This document shows, one piece after another, positions 40,101 to 49,952 of a DNA stretch of 64,000 nt. The position numbers and the translations under genes were made by a program. Source of the stretch: an uncultured delta proteobacterium (GTDB lineage: Bacteria > Desulfobacterota > Desulfobacteria > Desulfobacterales > B30-G6); assembly GCA_963823335.1 (NCBI GenBank), contig CAWGLD010000007.1, forward strand, positions 1-64,000. Direction: 5' to 3'. How positions within the stretch are numbered: the first letter of the stretch is position 1; each line of letters opens with the position of its first letter. Below the pieces are notes generated by a model. That model did not search any database, had not been told where the DNA came from, and saw only the letters and a list, made by a program, of their open reading frames with translations.

Positions 40101-41492
40101 TCACGAAGATGAAACCGCCTCCACGTCTTCAATGCTTTTGGGGATCGGTCTGCCCAGTACGCGGCAACCAGACTCGGTGACAAGCACATCGTCTTCGATG
40201 CGAACACCGCCGAATCCCATGTACGCTTCAACCTTTTTAAAATCGATGAAGGCGTCAAACTTGCCGGATGCTTTCCACTGCGCCATCAACTGCGATATGA
40301 AATAGATACCCGGCTCTACGGTCAGCACAAACCCGGGTTCAAGTTTGCGTGCCAGCCGGAGTTTGTGCCTCCCGAACTGGGTGCTGCGTTTGACAGTATC
40401 CGTATACCCCACATAATCTTCACCCAGGTCTTCCATGTCGTGAACATCCAGGCCCATCATATGCCCCAGACCGGCAGGCATAAAAAGAGCGTGTGCCCCT
40501 GCGGCCAGCGATTCTTCCACATCACCAGTCATCAGCCCAATCTGCTTCAGACCCGTCGTCAGTACGCGACACGCCAGGGTATGGATGTCCCGAAACTCGA
40601 CACCGGGCCGTATGGCCTGAATACCGGCTGTCTGAGAATCCATAACGACCTGGTATATTTCTTTCTGCCGGGTATCGAACCTTCCACCCACAGGAAAGGT
40701 GCGGGTGATGTCGCTGGCATAGCGCAGGGGGGATTCCGCTCCGGAGTCATTGATAACCAGATCACCCGCCTGCATGGTGTTTTGGTGATACGGGTTATGG
40801 AGGATATCCCCACGAATGGAAAAAATGGTAGGAAACGCCATACGGCTGCCGGTTTCGGCGTAGACAAGGCTTTCCATTGCACCAACCACTTCCTGTTCAA
40901 GCAAGCCCGGAGATACCATTTTCATGGCCAGGATCTGCATGCGGTACGACATCTCCAGGGCCTTTTCAATCTCTTCGATTTCTGCAGCGCTTTTTATGGA
41001 CCGCTGGGTCACAACAGCCCGGATCATCTTCGGCGAAACTTCTTCCCCCACAGCTCCGGGACTGATATCCAACAGGTAGGACAATTTGAGAATATTGTCT
41101 GCTCTGAATTGCGGCAAAAAATGGACCGGCCGCCCGGAATTCAGTGCTTTTGTTAATATTCCTTCTAGTTGGTCTGCCGGCTCAACTGCCTGAATACCTG
41201 CTTTTTCGCCCAATGAAACCAGGGAAGGCTGGGGCCCGGCCCACACGCTTTCCTCAAGCGTCATATCGTTCCCGAAAATCATCTCGCTGGACGCATCCAC
41301 ATCGATGACCGCTGTTAAGCCCGGATTTTCAAGTCCCCAGAAGTATAAGAATGAGCTGTCCTGCCGAAAAGGATATACATTGTCGCGAAAATTGATAGGG
41401 CTCTGGCTGTTTCCCAGAAAAAGAATCACACCGGTTCCGATATCCGCGGAAAGTCGCTTTCGCCGCCGGCCATAAATTTCTGCTGCAACCAT
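40101..41492 (-). CDS. pepP: Xaa-Pro aminopeptidase (M24B)
   Basis: FRQDSSFLY, YASDITRTFP, GLGHMMGLDVHD, TVEPGIY, GVRIEDD; AAGGAG RBS before the ATG at 41492. Confidence 0.92.
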   Translation of the reverse strand: MVAAEIYGRRRKRLSADIGTGVILFLGNSQSPINFRDNVYPFRQDSSFLYFWGLENPGLTAVIDVDASSEMIFGNDMTLEESVWAGPQPSLVSLGEKAGIQAVEPADQLEGILTKALNSGRPVHFLPQFRADNILKLSYLLDISPGAVGEEVSPKMIRAVVTQRSIKSAAEIEEIEKALEMSYRMQILAMKMVSPGLLEQEVVGAMESLVYAETGSRMAFPTIFSIRGDILHNPYHQNTMQAGDLVINDSGAESPLRYASDITRTFPVGGRFDTRQKEIYQVVMDSQTAGIQAIRPGVEFRDIHTLACRVLTTGLKQIGLMTGDVEESLAAGAHALFMPAGLGHMMGLDVHDMEDLGEDYVGYTDTVKRSTQFGRHKLRLARKLEPGFVLTVEPGIYFISQLMAQWKASGKFDAFIDFKKVEAYMGFGGVRIEDDVLVTESGCRVLGRPIPKSIEDVEAVSSS

Positions 41493-41530
41493 CTGTTCAT
41501 ACTCCTTCTCGACCAAAATATTCCAGTTTA

Positions 41531-41702
41531 TAGAAGCCATCTCAAAAAAAGGGTTTTGGCTCAAGTTCAAGGCAGGCCCGAACTTCAACCCGCAGGTGCC
41601 CGCAGGAAATGCCCTTGGGGTGCATACTCAAGTATTCCGAGGAGTTGAAGCAAGGGACCAACACAGAAATTGGGCTAAAAAACTTTTTTGAGATAGCTTC
41701 TA
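41531..41702. mobile_element. 172-bp MITE-like element with 19-bp terminal inverted repeats
   Basis: TAGAAGCCATCTCAAAAAA ... TTTTTTGAGATAGCTTCTA (18/19 match); no transposase. Confidence 0.7.
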
Positions 41703-42020
41703 ATCTGATTTTATGGCGCCATCCGCCACCCGGTCGATGGTGGAGGTAGGCCAGATGGGCTGATCTTTTTCCAAGTCCGTGTCTGGAAACATACCAAATT
41801 TGCTGCTGCCCACATGACATCCAGGCCAGCACCTGGCCCGGTAGTATCGCATGGGCTTTTCGGGGATGTCACCATCTCCCGGGTACCATACGCCGGCTGC
41901 AATGGGGTATTCCCATGTCTCACTCCTGGTAGCAGAAGCTTTTTCGGATGCACTGGTCACGATGACGGCAAAGGATGTCACCGCCGAAAAAGCCAGAAAA
42001 AATATCAGGATGTATTTCAT
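41700..42020 (-). CDS. Small secreted hypothetical protein with a CxxxCH motif
   Basis: Signal peptide MKYILIFFLAFSAVTSFA, RCWPGCH, AAGGAG RBS. Confidence 0.65.
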   Translation of the reverse strand: MKYILIFFLAFSAVTSFAVIVTSASEKASATRSETWEYPIAAGVWYPGDGDIPEKPMRYYRARCWPGCHVGSSKFGMFPDTDLEKDQPIWPTSTIDRVADGAIKSD

Positions 42021-42039
42021 TTCCCTTTCTCCTTTCCCA

Positions 42040-42130
42040 ACCCGTAAGCCGGGGGAATACGCTCGCTGTTGCGGTTCAATATTACTTGTTCAAAATTGAA
42101 GAGCCTCGCAGCAAGCTACGAGAAATCTTC
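42040..42130 (+). repeat. Family-A fragments (right end followed by left end)
   Basis: GGGGAATACGCTCGCTGTTGCGGTTCAA and ATTGAAGAGCCTCGCAGCAAGCTACGAGAAATCTTC. Confidence 0.75.
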
Positions 42131-43192
42131 ATCGGATCGGTACAACCTTTCCGGGTTCGCCACCAGCGGCAGAGATTTTCGATCAGCATAATTCCGCGCA
42201 GATTCTACCCCCCCGGCCATGACGGGACAGGCCACCCAGTGGTCCGGATCGACTTCCATCAATTCCGGAACGGCCTTTGAACACTGGGCCACGGCAAAAT
42301 TGCATCGCGGGTGGAAGCGGCACCCGGATGGAGGATCGATGGCACTGGGAATTTCGCCCTGGGGAATTGCGTGCTTCCTTTTGAATTTCGGATCCGGAAC
42401 AGGAACGGCGGCCAACAGCGAAACCGTGTAGGGGTGAACCGGGTGCTTGAACACGGATTCCAGGGGACCGATTTCCATAATCTTTCCCAGATACATGATG
42501 GCAATCCTGTCACAGATGTACTTGCAGGTAGCCAGGTCATGGGTGATAAAAAGATAGGTCAGATCAAACTCATCTTTCAATTTTACCATCAACTCGAGAA
42601 TCATGGCACTCACGGAAACATCGGCCATGGCGATGGGCTCGTCCGCGACCACAAAATCCGGATTGGTAATCAGAGCCCGGGCGATAACCACACGCTGACG
42701 CTGCCCACCTGAGAGCTGGTGCGGGTATTTGTCATACAGAAACGACGCCGGCGACATGCCTACCTTCTCCATTATTTCCAGGGTGTGCCCACGAACTTCC
42801 GAGGTTCGCTGGTTTGAATGGATGGCCAGCGGGTGCCCAATGGAGTCACCGATGCGCATCCGCGGGTTCAATGAAGCAAAGGGGTCCTGAAAGATGATCT
42901 GCATGTTTTCCCGCATCTTGCGCATTTCTTCGGGTGAGGACTCGAAAAGGGGTTGCCCCCGGTAGAGAATCTGACCCGCGGTTGGATCCAGCAGCCGCAA
43001 TGCGAGGCGCCCCGTCGTGGTCTTACCACAACCGCTTTCACCGGCCAGGCCCAGTACCTCGCCTTGGCGGATGAAAAAGGAAACATCATCCACGGCCCGT
43101 ACCACCCGCTTCTCCTTTGTAAACAGATAGGAGAACAGTCCTGTATCCAGAGGGAAGTACTTTTTTAAATTTTTAACATCCAGTAGTTTCAT
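42116..43192 (-). CDS. Peptide/nickel-family ABC transporter ATPase (OppF-like)
   Basis: [34 protein letters not shown]. Confidence 0.93.
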   Translation of the reverse strand: MKLLDVKNLKKYFPLDTGLFSYLFTKEKRVVRAVDDVSFFIRQGEVLGLAGESGCGKTTTGRLALRLLDPTAGQILYRGQPLFESSPEEMRKMRENMQIIFQDPFASLNPRMRIGDSIGHPLAIHSNQRTSEVRGHTLEIMEKVGMSPASFLYDKYPHQLSGGQRQRVVIARALITNPDFVVADEPIAMADVSVSAMILELMVKLKDEFDLTYLFITHDLATCKYICDRIAIMYLGKIMEIGPLESVFKHPVHPYTVSLLAAVPVPDPKFKRKHAIPQGEIPSAIDPPSGCRFHPRCNFAVAQCSKAVPELMEVDPDHWVACPVMAGGVESARNYADRKSLPLVANPERLYRSDEDFS

Positions 43193-43236
43193 GTTTTTTT
43201 TAGCCTATTGGCGATTTAGGCTGAAGACTATATCCT

Positions 43237-43361
43237 GTTTATTGTGTTCATTGTGTTCGTTGTGTTTATTGCGTTGCTCTCGGCAAAGGGTACACAGCTC
43301 TCAAACATGCCCCAGTTTCACCAACTCAATGAACCCAAGAAGCTCAACAAACTCAATGAAC
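43237..43361. repeat. Facing 9-mer tandem repeats forming a long imperfect inverted repeat
   Basis: GTTYATTGT x4 (43237-43276) facing CAATGAAC-type units (43322-43361). Confidence 0.7.
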
Positions 43362-43379
43362 TTCTTTTCCTTTGGACCC

Positions 43380-44339
43380 TCAGGTATATAACCAGCAGGC
43401 AGCCCGATGCCCGGTCGTCTGTCCCAGTTCAGGGTTTTTGTTTTTACAGATCTCCATCACCTGGGGACACCGGGGATTGAACACACACCCTCGCGGCGGG
43501 TCCACAAGGTCCGGGGGGGAGCCGGGCATGGTTTTCAATTTCGGTTGTTCCAGTTGAATGTTGGGAATGGATGCCAGCAGCCCCTGGGTGTAGGGATGCA
43601 TGGGATTTGCAAAAACATCTTCGGATACCCCGGTTTCCGCAATCCGCCCCCCGTACATGACGGTGATGCGGTCCGCCATCTGCGCTACGATGCCCAGGTT
43701 GTGCGAAATCAGGAGAATAGTCAGGTTGAAATCCGCCCTCAGTTCATTCAAAAGATCGAGAAACTGGGCCTCCACGATAACATCCAGAGCCGTGGTGGGT
43801 TCATCGGCAATCAATAGATCAGGGTTCAGAATCAATCCCATACCGATCATGATGCGCTGACGCATGCCCCCCGACATCTGATGGGGATATTCAAAGAGAC
43901 GTTCCCGGGCAATGCCCAGTCTTTCCAGCATGGCCCCTGCTTTCTCCAAAGCCTGTTTTCTGGACACCCCGGTTTTATGGGTTTGTATGGTTTCCACAAA
44001 TTGATCCCCGATCCTGAACAGTGGATTCAGCGATGTCAACGGGTCCTGGAAAATCATGGCGATCCGCTTTCCGCGAAGCGATAGGACATCCTTTGCACTC
44101 ATTTTGAGGATATCCTGATTGTGATAGGTGATCCTGCCCGCTGTAATTCTTCCAGGGGGTCTGAGCATTCTGATAATGGAAAATCCCAGGGTTGATTTTC
44201 CACAACCGGATTCCCCGACCAGCCCCATCACTTCACCCTTTTTCAGATTGAGGCTTACATTCTCCACCGCACGTACCGTACCGATATGAATGGGAAACTG
44301 TACGTCCAGATTTTCGATTTCCAATATATGATCTTGCAA
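43380..44339 (-). CDS. Peptide ABC transporter ATPase (OppD-like)
   Basis: GESGCGKST, FQDPLTSLNP, MSGGMRQR, DEPTTALD. Confidence 0.93.
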   Translation of the reverse strand: MQDHILEIENLDVQFPIHIGTVRAVENVSLNLKKGEVMGLVGESGCGKSTLGFSIIRMLRPPGRITAGRITYHNQDILKMSAKDVLSLRGKRIAMIFQDPLTSLNPLFRIGDQFVETIQTHKTGVSRKQALEKAGAMLERLGIARERLFEYPHQMSGGMRQRIMIGMGLILNPDLLIADEPTTALDVIVEAQFLDLLNELRADFNLTILLISHNLGIVAQMADRITVMYGGRIAETGVSEDVFANPMHPYTQGLLASIPNIQLEQPKLKTMPGSPPDLVDPPRGCVFNPRCPQVMEICKNKNPELGQTTGHRAACWLYT

Positions 44340-44340
44340 A

Positions 44341-45225
44341 CTAACGCTCCAATAACCGGGGGTTTAAAATCTCCGCCAGCCCTTCTCCCAGCATGGTAAA
44401 TCCAAGGGCCAGGATTGAAATCATGGCCCCAGGAAAAGTTATCAGCCACCACTGACCCGAAGGCAGATATTTCTTACCCATGGCCAGATCCATTCCCCAG
44501 TCCACGATACTGGGTGGAAGACCCAGACCCAGATATGTCAGCGCCGCCTCGATCATGATCGCGTCACCTATATTCATGGTAAACACCACCACGGTTGTGG
44601 CAATCACGTTGGGAAAGATATACTTCCACAATATGGTCATTCCCGGCGCCCCGATAGCGCGTGCGGCCTCCACATACAACTCTTCCTTGATGCTGAGTGT
44701 CTGACCCCGCACCAGACGAAAATAGGTTGGAATATAAATAACCGACACGGCCAGAGTGATGCTGATAATTCCCGGTTCCAGCATGGCGGCAAACGCAATG
44801 GCCAGAATGAGCCCTGGAAAGGAATAGACTGAATCCATGACCAGGGATAGACTCTTGTCAAAAATACCGCCGGAATACCCGGAGATCAACCCCAGGCTGA
44901 TGCCAATGAGCGAGGAAATAATGGCCGCCAGAATGGCCACCCCCAGAATGGTTCGCGATCCAAACACAATACGCGAAAACACATCCCGCTGCAGATTGTC
45001 CGTACCGAACAAATGATCGATTCCGGGTGGTGCCAGTTGCGGTCCGGCTTCCTGATCGTGGGGATCGAAGGGCGCGATGCTTGAGGCAAACATGGCCATA
45101 AAAAGAACCGATGCAACGATAATGGCCCCTGCCACCAGAATCCACCACTCCGCACCATACTGCCTGCCCATACCGACAAAACGGGCCAAAAGCTTTCCCA
45201 CGCCTGCTGAGGGAGAGTATTTCAA
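44341..45225 (-). CDS. Peptide ABC transporter permease (OppC/DppC-like)
   Basis: HLFGTD..RDVFSR, YVEAARAIGA. Confidence 0.92.
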   Translation of the reverse strand: MKYSPSAGVGKLLARFVGMGRQYGAEWWILVAGAIIVASVLFMAMFASSIAPFDPHDQEAGPQLAPPGIDHLFGTDNLQRDVFSRIVFGSRTILGVAILAAIISSLIGISLGLISGYSGGIFDKSLSLVMDSVYSFPGLILAIAFAAMLEPGIISITLAVSVIYIPTYFRLVRGQTLSIKEELYVEAARAIGAPGMTILWKYIFPNVIATTVVVFTMNIGDAIMIEAALTYLGLGLPPSIVDWGMDLAMGKKYLPSGQWWLITFPGAMISILALGFTMLGEGLAEILNPRLLER

Positions 45226-45237
45226 TCAATTTCCTCC

Positions 45238-45392
45238 AAAATAAATTGGCGACGCCAATTTATTTTCTCGTAATAGCCTTTTAGCGGTTTAGGCTAAGGA
45301 CTGTAGGCTGTTAGCCGCTTACAGCTTATTGCTTTCAGCTGTCAGCTACCCTCCAACCCTAGTATCACCCTTGTACCACCCTCGAACCCTTT
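45238..45392. repeat. Family-C half hairpin plus a family-D repeat
   Basis: AAAATAAATTGGCGACGCCAATTTATTTT; TAGCCTTTTAGCGG; TCAGCTACCCTCCAACCCTAGTATCACCC. Confidence 0.7.
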
Positions 45393-45394
45393 GT

Positions 45395-46411
45395 CTAGTA
45401 CCTCACCCGCGGATCTATCAGGGCATACACGATGTCCACCACCAGAGAAACCAGGGCTACAATCACCGCAAAAACAACGATCACCCCTTGAATGGTGGGG
45501 TAGTCCCGGAGATATATGCGCTCCAGCAGCAATCGTCCCATTCCGGGCCAGGAAAATGTTGTTTCCGTTAACACGGCACCTGCCATGAGAAGGGCTACCT
45601 GGAGACCCATCATGGTCAATATGGGAACAAAGGCGTTCAGCATGGCATGCTTGTATACAACCCGGCGATGCCGGATGCCCCTGGCCTCGGCCGCCAGTAT
45701 GTAATCCGATTTCAGCACATCGAGCATGTTGGCCCTGGTGAGCCGGATAAATATGCCTGACAGGGTCAAGCCCAGGGTAAAAGACGGCAGTATCAGATGG
45801 ATGAGAACATCTTTCAACGCCTCGAAATCTCTCACCAGAATAGTGTCCAGTATGTAGAAACCGGTTTTTTCGAACATGGACACGAACACCCGTGCACCGG
45901 TTCGGCCGGCCACCGGAAGCACATCCATCCAGACGCCGAAAATCATCTGTAGCATCAACCCCAGCCAATATACCGGGATACAGTATATGACGATGCCATA
46001 AAGTCGAATCGCATAATCCTGGGGAGATCTGCGTTTGTCGGCGGCATAGGCACCCAGTGTCACGCCCACCAGAAGTGTGATGAGCATGCCAAAAAAGGTG
46101 AGCTCCATGGTGGCCGGGATTTTCATCTTGATGGCATCCACGACACGCTCATTGAAAATCATAGAGTTGCCGAGATCAAAACGACAAATTTGCAACAGGT
46201 AGTCACCATATTGCACGATCAGTGGCCGGTTGAGCCCCAGCTCCTCTTTTTTCTGTTCGATGACGCTTTCAGGCGCATGGCCACCGAGCATGGAAGAGAC
46301 CGGGTCGCCGGGCATCACGCGAATCACCACAAAAACAATGCTCAAGAGGATAAAAAGCATGGGCAATGTCAGGAATGTCCGTGTAATGATGTATCGAATG
46401 AGATTTTTCAT
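45395..46411 (-). CDS. Peptide ABC transporter permease (OppB/DppB-like)
   Basis: MPGDP, DLGNS, HLILP, ETTFSWPGMG, RDYP, IDPRVRY. Confidence 0.93.
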   Translation of the reverse strand: MKNLIRYIITRTFLTLPMLFILLSIVFVVIRVMPGDPVSSMLGGHAPESVIEQKKEELGLNRPLIVQYGDYLLQICRFDLGNSMIFNERVVDAIKMKIPATMELTFFGMLITLLVGVTLGAYAADKRRSPQDYAIRLYGIVIYCIPVYWLGLMLQMIFGVWMDVLPVAGRTGARVFVSMFEKTGFYILDTILVRDFEALKDVLIHLILPSFTLGLTLSGIFIRLTRANMLDVLKSDYILAAEARGIRHRRVVYKHAMLNAFVPILTMMGLQVALLMAGAVLTETTFSWPGMGRLLLERIYLRDYPTIQGVIVVFAVIVALVSLVVDIVYALIDPRVRY

Positions 46412-46481
46412 CTATTGCGGGTCTGTGACGAAAAAAGCATGATATCCGCACACCTGGTACGGATATCATGCCTAAAGACAC

Positions 46482-48038
46482 TTATTTTGTGCGTTTGATG
46501 GGTGAATACATAAACTGCAATGTGGGAGAAATCATAATGCCTTCGATGTTTTTCTGGGAGAACAGATAAAGTGTTCCCTGAAAAATCGGGGCTGTGGGGA
46601 CTTCGTCGGTCCACATCTGCTGAACTGTCTTGTAGATGGCGGCTCTTTTGTTCTCATCCGCGTTTTTCTGTCCTTCCACAAACAAATTGTCCCAGACCTC
46701 GCTGGAAAAATAGATGCCGTTGCCTTTGGACCCGGCTGTTCCGGCAAAAGCGGCGGTGTAGTTGTCCGGGTCGATATAGTCCGGGTACCAGCCCAGAAGA
46801 TAAACCGGCATCAACTGCTCTCTCCAGTTATTTTTGTAGGTAGCCCACTCGGCGGATTTTACCGTTACATCGATTACACCGGTGGCCTCCAGTTGCGTCT
46901 TGATGACGGCTGCCATGTCCACTTCCGTATCACCATAATGGCTGGGTGTGTACCAGAATTCAAAGGTCAGCTTGTTGCTGCTGTTGAATCCTCTTGAACC
47001 CAGCAGCTCCTTGGCTTTGGCGATGTTGCCGTCGCCCCAGGTCGTTTTGAAATTATCCATGTGAGTCCACATGCCCATGGGGACCATGGAGTAGAGGGGT
47101 TCATTCTGTCCCAGAAAAACTTTTTTGATGATTTCAGGACGATTGAGTGCCGCGGCAACCCCCTGTCTTACGATTTTATCGTCAAACGGCGGGGTGTTGT
47201 TCTGAAAACAGAGATACCGGATATAGGGCCCCTGGCCTACGATGGTGTTAATTTTTGGTGATTTTTGCAGATCATTGATATCCGATGGATTGAAGGATTT
47301 GAATGCAAAATCAAGTTCACCCTTTTCCAGGGCAAGACGCATGGTGGTTGCATCCGCAAAATAACGTATGACCACCCGGTCATTCTTGGGTTTATCCCCC
47401 GAGAAATAGGGGTTGACATCCAGGATGATCTCTTCGTCCCGCTTGAAGGCAACCGCCTGATACTCTCCGAGGCCCACCAGTTTACCCCCTTTGAGATCGC
47501 TGGGGTTTTTCACAACCTTGTCGGCCGGGTAGACATTGGGATTGACCGGATAATAAGGTACCGTTGCCACGAGAGAAGGAAAATAGGCCACAGGGTTTTT
47601 CAGAATAAATTTCACGTTGTACTTATCGACAATGTCTACTCTCTCGACAAAATCCGTGACCAGCCAGGAAGGATCCCCGGCAATCCGGATAACCCTGTCG
47701 ATAGACCACTTGACCGCGTGAGAGTCGAAAGGTGTTCCATCCGAAAACTTGACACCCTCTTTCAACTTGAATGTATACTCTTTCCCGTCACTGCTGATGG
47801 TGTAGGATTCCGCCAGCCCGGGAACCAGATTGGTCTTCCCGGCAGGATAGCTCATCAGTCCCTGGTAGATATTGTAAAAAATTTCCCAGGTGTGAAAATC
47901 ATATGCATTACAAGGATCCATGTCCGTAACCTTTTCGGTGGTACCGTAAACCAGCGCCTGGCCCTTGGCAAAGCAATTACCGGACAGCAAAAAAACGGCC
48001 ATTACCAACACACTGAAAACAACTAACGTTTTTTTCAT
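46482..48038 (-). CDS. ABC transporter substrate-binding protein, family 5
   Basis: Signal peptide, PGLAESY, FKLKEGVKFSDGTPF, GWYPDYIDPDNY. Confidence 0.92.
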   Translation of the reverse strand: MKKTLVVFSVLVMAVFLLSGNCFAKGQALVYGTTEKVTDMDPCNAYDFHTWEIFYNIYQGLMSYPAGKTNLVPGLAESYTISSDGKEYTFKLKEGVKFSDGTPFDSHAVKWSIDRVIRIAGDPSWLVTDFVERVDIVDKYNVKFILKNPVAYFPSLVATVPYYPVNPNVYPADKVVKNPSDLKGGKLVGLGEYQAVAFKRDEEIILDVNPYFSGDKPKNDRVVIRYFADATTMRLALEKGELDFAFKSFNPSDINDLQKSPKINTIVGQGPYIRYLCFQNNTPPFDDKIVRQGVAAALNRPEIIKKVFLGQNEPLYSMVPMGMWTHMDNFKTTWGDGNIAKAKELLGSRGFNSSNKLTFEFWYTPSHYGDTEVDMAAVIKTQLEATGVIDVTVKSAEWATYKNNWREQLMPVYLLGWYPDYIDPDNYTAAFAGTAGSKGNGIYFSSEVWDNLFVEGQKNADENKRAAIYKTVQQMWTDEVPTAPIFQGTLYLFSQKNIEGIMISPTLQFMYSPIKRTK

Positions 48039-48362
48039 CCCTACCCCCTTCACATTAATCTGTTATGATGAAATACCCCGGTGCAGAAATCTTGCAGCCG
48101 CACCAAAACATTATAGTTGTAAATATAGAGTAGAAACAGGACGGGGTCAACAAAGAAGGTGTTGATTCGCAAGTTGAACCCATTATAACAAAAGCCTTAC
48201 ACGATTTTATTATCGTGCTTGTTTGATCTTATTTGCCGAAACAGTTTTGGAATGCTATCTTGACGCTCTGAGCCGCTACCCACGGAGCGGTTGGACCTTT
48301 CCGGGTCCTCCACCAGAGGTGTGGGTTTTAGATCAGAACAATAAAAATATTAGGACCGTATC

Positions 48363-49952
48363 ATGCCAAATAAATTGCCCAGTATCTTTAACGATGTCAT
48401 CGGGCCGGTCATGCGGGGCCCCTCCAGCTCCCATTGCGCTGCAGCCACAAGGATCGGGCTTCTCGCACGCTCCCTGATGAACAATACCATCGGATCGGTC
48501 CTGGTAGAATTTGACAGGGCCGGTTCGTTAGCAACCACCCACGCATCCCAGGGATCTGACATGGGTCTGTGCGGCGGTCTTCTGGGCCTTGAGCCTTCTG
48601 ATGAGCGGCTTGTTCACTATCGGGAAGAGATCCGCAAGGCCGGTATTCAGGTTCGGTTCAAAACCGGTTCATACGGGGACGTACATCCAAATACGTACAG
48701 ATTGCGTCTGAAAAACGCGACGGAGACCCATGATCTGGTGGCCTTGTCCACCGGTGGCGGCATGATCGAGGTCGTTGAAGTCGATGGTCATGCCGTGTCC
48801 ATGCTGGGCGATCTTTATGAAACCTTGGTATATTTTGAGAAAAAAGAAAATGTCATCGCCCAGAATATCGAGAAAATCCTGCATGACAAAGGTAACATCC
48901 AGGTTCTGAAAGAAAAGAACAAACCACAAAACTTCATTCGCATAAAAACCAGAGTCCCCCTGGAGGATCGTCAATTAGACGCCATTTCAGCAGAACAAGG
49001 GGCCATCAGTGTTAAATGTCTGCCACCGGTCCTGCCCGTTTTGACACCCCGGGAAATAAATGTGCCCTTTGAATCCTGTGAACAGATGCTGGCCTTCAAC
49101 CGGAACCGGCACCTGAACCTTGCAGAACTGGCCATTCTGTATGAAAGCGCCCGGGGAGGGATCGGCCGGGAAGAGATCTTCCACAAAATGATCGAAATTG
49201 TCAGGACCATGAAATCTTCCCTGGAAGTGGGACTGGCAGGAACCCGCCATAAAGACAGAATCCTGGGGTGCCAATCGGCTTTTTATCGTGAAAAACAACG
49301 ATCCGGACAACTGCTGGATCTAGGTATCTTGAACCGTATTATTCTTTATGTCACGGCCCTGATGGAAACCAAGAGCGCCATGGGTGTGATTGTTGCCGCA
49401 CCGACAGCAGGGTCCTGCGGTGGGTTGCCGGGTACGGTTCTGGGAACTGTGGACGCCATGGGACGCTCTGAAAACGAAACGGCCGAGGCTATGCTGGCCG
49501 CCGGTATGATCGGCATATTTATTTCGACTTTATCGACCTTTGCTGCGGAAGTGGCGGGCTGTCAGGCGGAGTGTGGTGCCGGATCCGGCATGGCTGCGGC
49601 CGCTATCGTGACCCTCGTGGGCGGAACCACGGAAAATGCCGTGGCAGCGGCTTCCATGGCATTGCAGAACAGTCTGGGTATGATCTGTGATCCCGTGGCC
49701 AGCAGGGTCGAAGTGCCCTGCCTGGGGAAAAATGTATTGGCGGCAAGCAATGCCGTATCCTGTGCAAACATGGCCCTCGCAGGTTACGACCCGGTTATTC
49801 CCCTGGATGAGGTTATTCACACCATGGATGCCGTGGGAAAACGTATCCCCTGCGAATTCCGGTGTACCGCCCTGGGCGGTCTTTCAGTGACCGAGACATC
49901 CAAACAAATTGAAAAAAAGCTGCTTAGAAACGATAGACCAAAAGACCGCTGA
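48363..49952 (+). CDS. sdaA: Fe-S L-serine dehydratase, fused beta-alpha
   Basis: IGPVMRGPSSSHCA, STGGG, IVAAPTAGSCG, AEVAGCQAECG, GMICDPV..VEVPC. Confidence 0.9.
   Translation: MPNKLPSIFNDVIGPVMRGPSSSHCAAATRIGLLARSLMNNTIGSVLVEFDRAGSLATTHASQGSDMGLCGGLLGLEPSDERLVHYREEIRKAGIQVRFKTGSYGDVHPNTYRLRLKNATETHDLVALSTGGGMIEVVEVDGHAVSMLGDLYETLVYFEKKENVIAQNIEKILHDKGNIQVLKEKNKPQNFIRIKTRVPLEDRQLDAISAEQGAISVKCLPPVLPVLTPREINVPFESCEQMLAFNRNRHLNLAELAILYESARGGIGREEIFHKMIEIVRTMKSSLEVGLAGTRHKDRILGCQSAFYREKQRSGQLLDLGILNRIILYVTALMETKSAMGVIVAAPTAGSCGGLPGTVLGTVDAMGRSENETAEAMLAAGMIGIFISTLSTFAAEVAGCQAECGAGSGMAAAAIVTLVGGTTENAVAAASMALQNSLGMICDPVASRVEVPCLGKNVLAASNAVSCANMALAGYDPVIPLDEVIHTMDAVGKRIPCEFRCTALGGLSVTETSKQIEKKLLRNDRPKDR

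Noticed and set aside
41493-41588. N-terminal extension of pepP; likewise 11872-11970, 40082-40258, 59434-59529 and 56137-56190
   Set aside because: These extensions run through repeats, neighbouring genes or spacers; downstream ATGs fit RBS position or family N-termini better.
1906-45392. CRISPR array interpretation of the short repeats
   Set aside because: The repeats are dispersed or directly tandem, with no regular unique spacers and no cas genes.
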